Assembly: GCA_947484175.1 (NCBI GenBank)
Contig: CANKOI010000008.1
Location: forward strand, 2,637 to 66,636
From: Deltaproteobacteria bacterium
Lineage (GTDB): Bacteria; Myxococcota_A; UBA796; SXON01
DNA length: 64,000 bases
Direction of reading: 5' to 3'
In this document: positions 63,872 through 64,000 of the stretch, in pieces
How the letters are laid out: the number at the start of each line of letters is the position of its first letter
How positions within the stretch are numbered: the stretch's first letter is position 1
The notes under the pieces: generated by a model
What the model was told of the DNA's origin: nothing
Databases searched by the model: none
What the model saw: the letters and a program-made list of their open reading frames with translations, nothing else
Translations under genes and position numbers: made by a program

Positions 63872-64000
63872 ATGGCCAAGCCCCTCGTCATCGTCGAATC
63901 GCCGACCAAGAAGAAGACCATCGAGCGCTTCCTCGGCGAGGGGTACATGGTGGAGGCGAGCGTAGGGCACATCCGAGATCTTCCGGCGAACGCGAAGGAC
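63872..64000 (+). CDS. topA: DNA topoisomerase I, N-terminal (Toprim) fragment; 3' end lies outside the window
   Basis: Translated by hand: [43 protein letters not shown]. The frame stays open to the window edge. The motifs are canonical for TopA (VESPxKxKTI, GHIRDLP). Confidence 0.88.
   Translation, partial: MAKPLVIVESPTKKKTIERFLGEGYMVEASVGHIRDLPANAKD

Overview
The window is a very GC-rich, gene-dense chromosomal segment with about 50 protein genes and no rRNA, tRNA or CRISPR. Third codon positions are almost always G/C, so every region also carries long spurious antisense ORFs. Genes were chosen by recognisable protein families, lipoprotein or TM signals, and the frequent 4-nt start/stop overlaps (ATGA/GTGA).

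The gene content suggests a Myxococcota-like organism, though this is only an inference. Supporting features are many lipoproteins with Cys/Asp 'putative metal-binding' repeats, a MYXO-CTERM-like segment, an FHA-sigma54 activator, a Ser/Thr kinase and a type III glutamine synthetase.

Confident housekeeping genes are plsB, metH, glnN, hisS, mmsA, ilvE, an M16 peptidase pair, a Xer recombinase and the 5' end of topA.

The most interesting locus is a minus-strand, translationally coupled module at 15138 to 8235. It encodes an orphan NrdG-like radical-SAM activase, a coiled-coil protein, a Ser/Thr kinase, a tandem-AAA+ Clp-like unfoldase, a vWA protein and an FHA protein. It recalls the TerY-P (vWA/kinase/PP2C) triad and the T6SS PpkA/Fha/ClpV circuit. 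It has no phosphatase and no T6SS genes, and it matches no named system that I recognise.

Other notable items:
- a CotH/lamin-tail/fibrinogen-like mosaic protein with an internal sorting-signal-like segment
- a PLD-nuclease/SF2-helicase/DUF3427 single-chain protein
- a DTW (acp3U)-pseudouridine synthase fusion
- an orphan AbiEi antitoxin with an operator-like palindrome, next to a 63-bp hairpin tandem repeat
- a perfect sigma-54 promoter in front of an unannotated 47-codon membrane ORF
- a B12-radical-SAM/ICMT-like cluster
- two coupled paralogous giant membrane proteins
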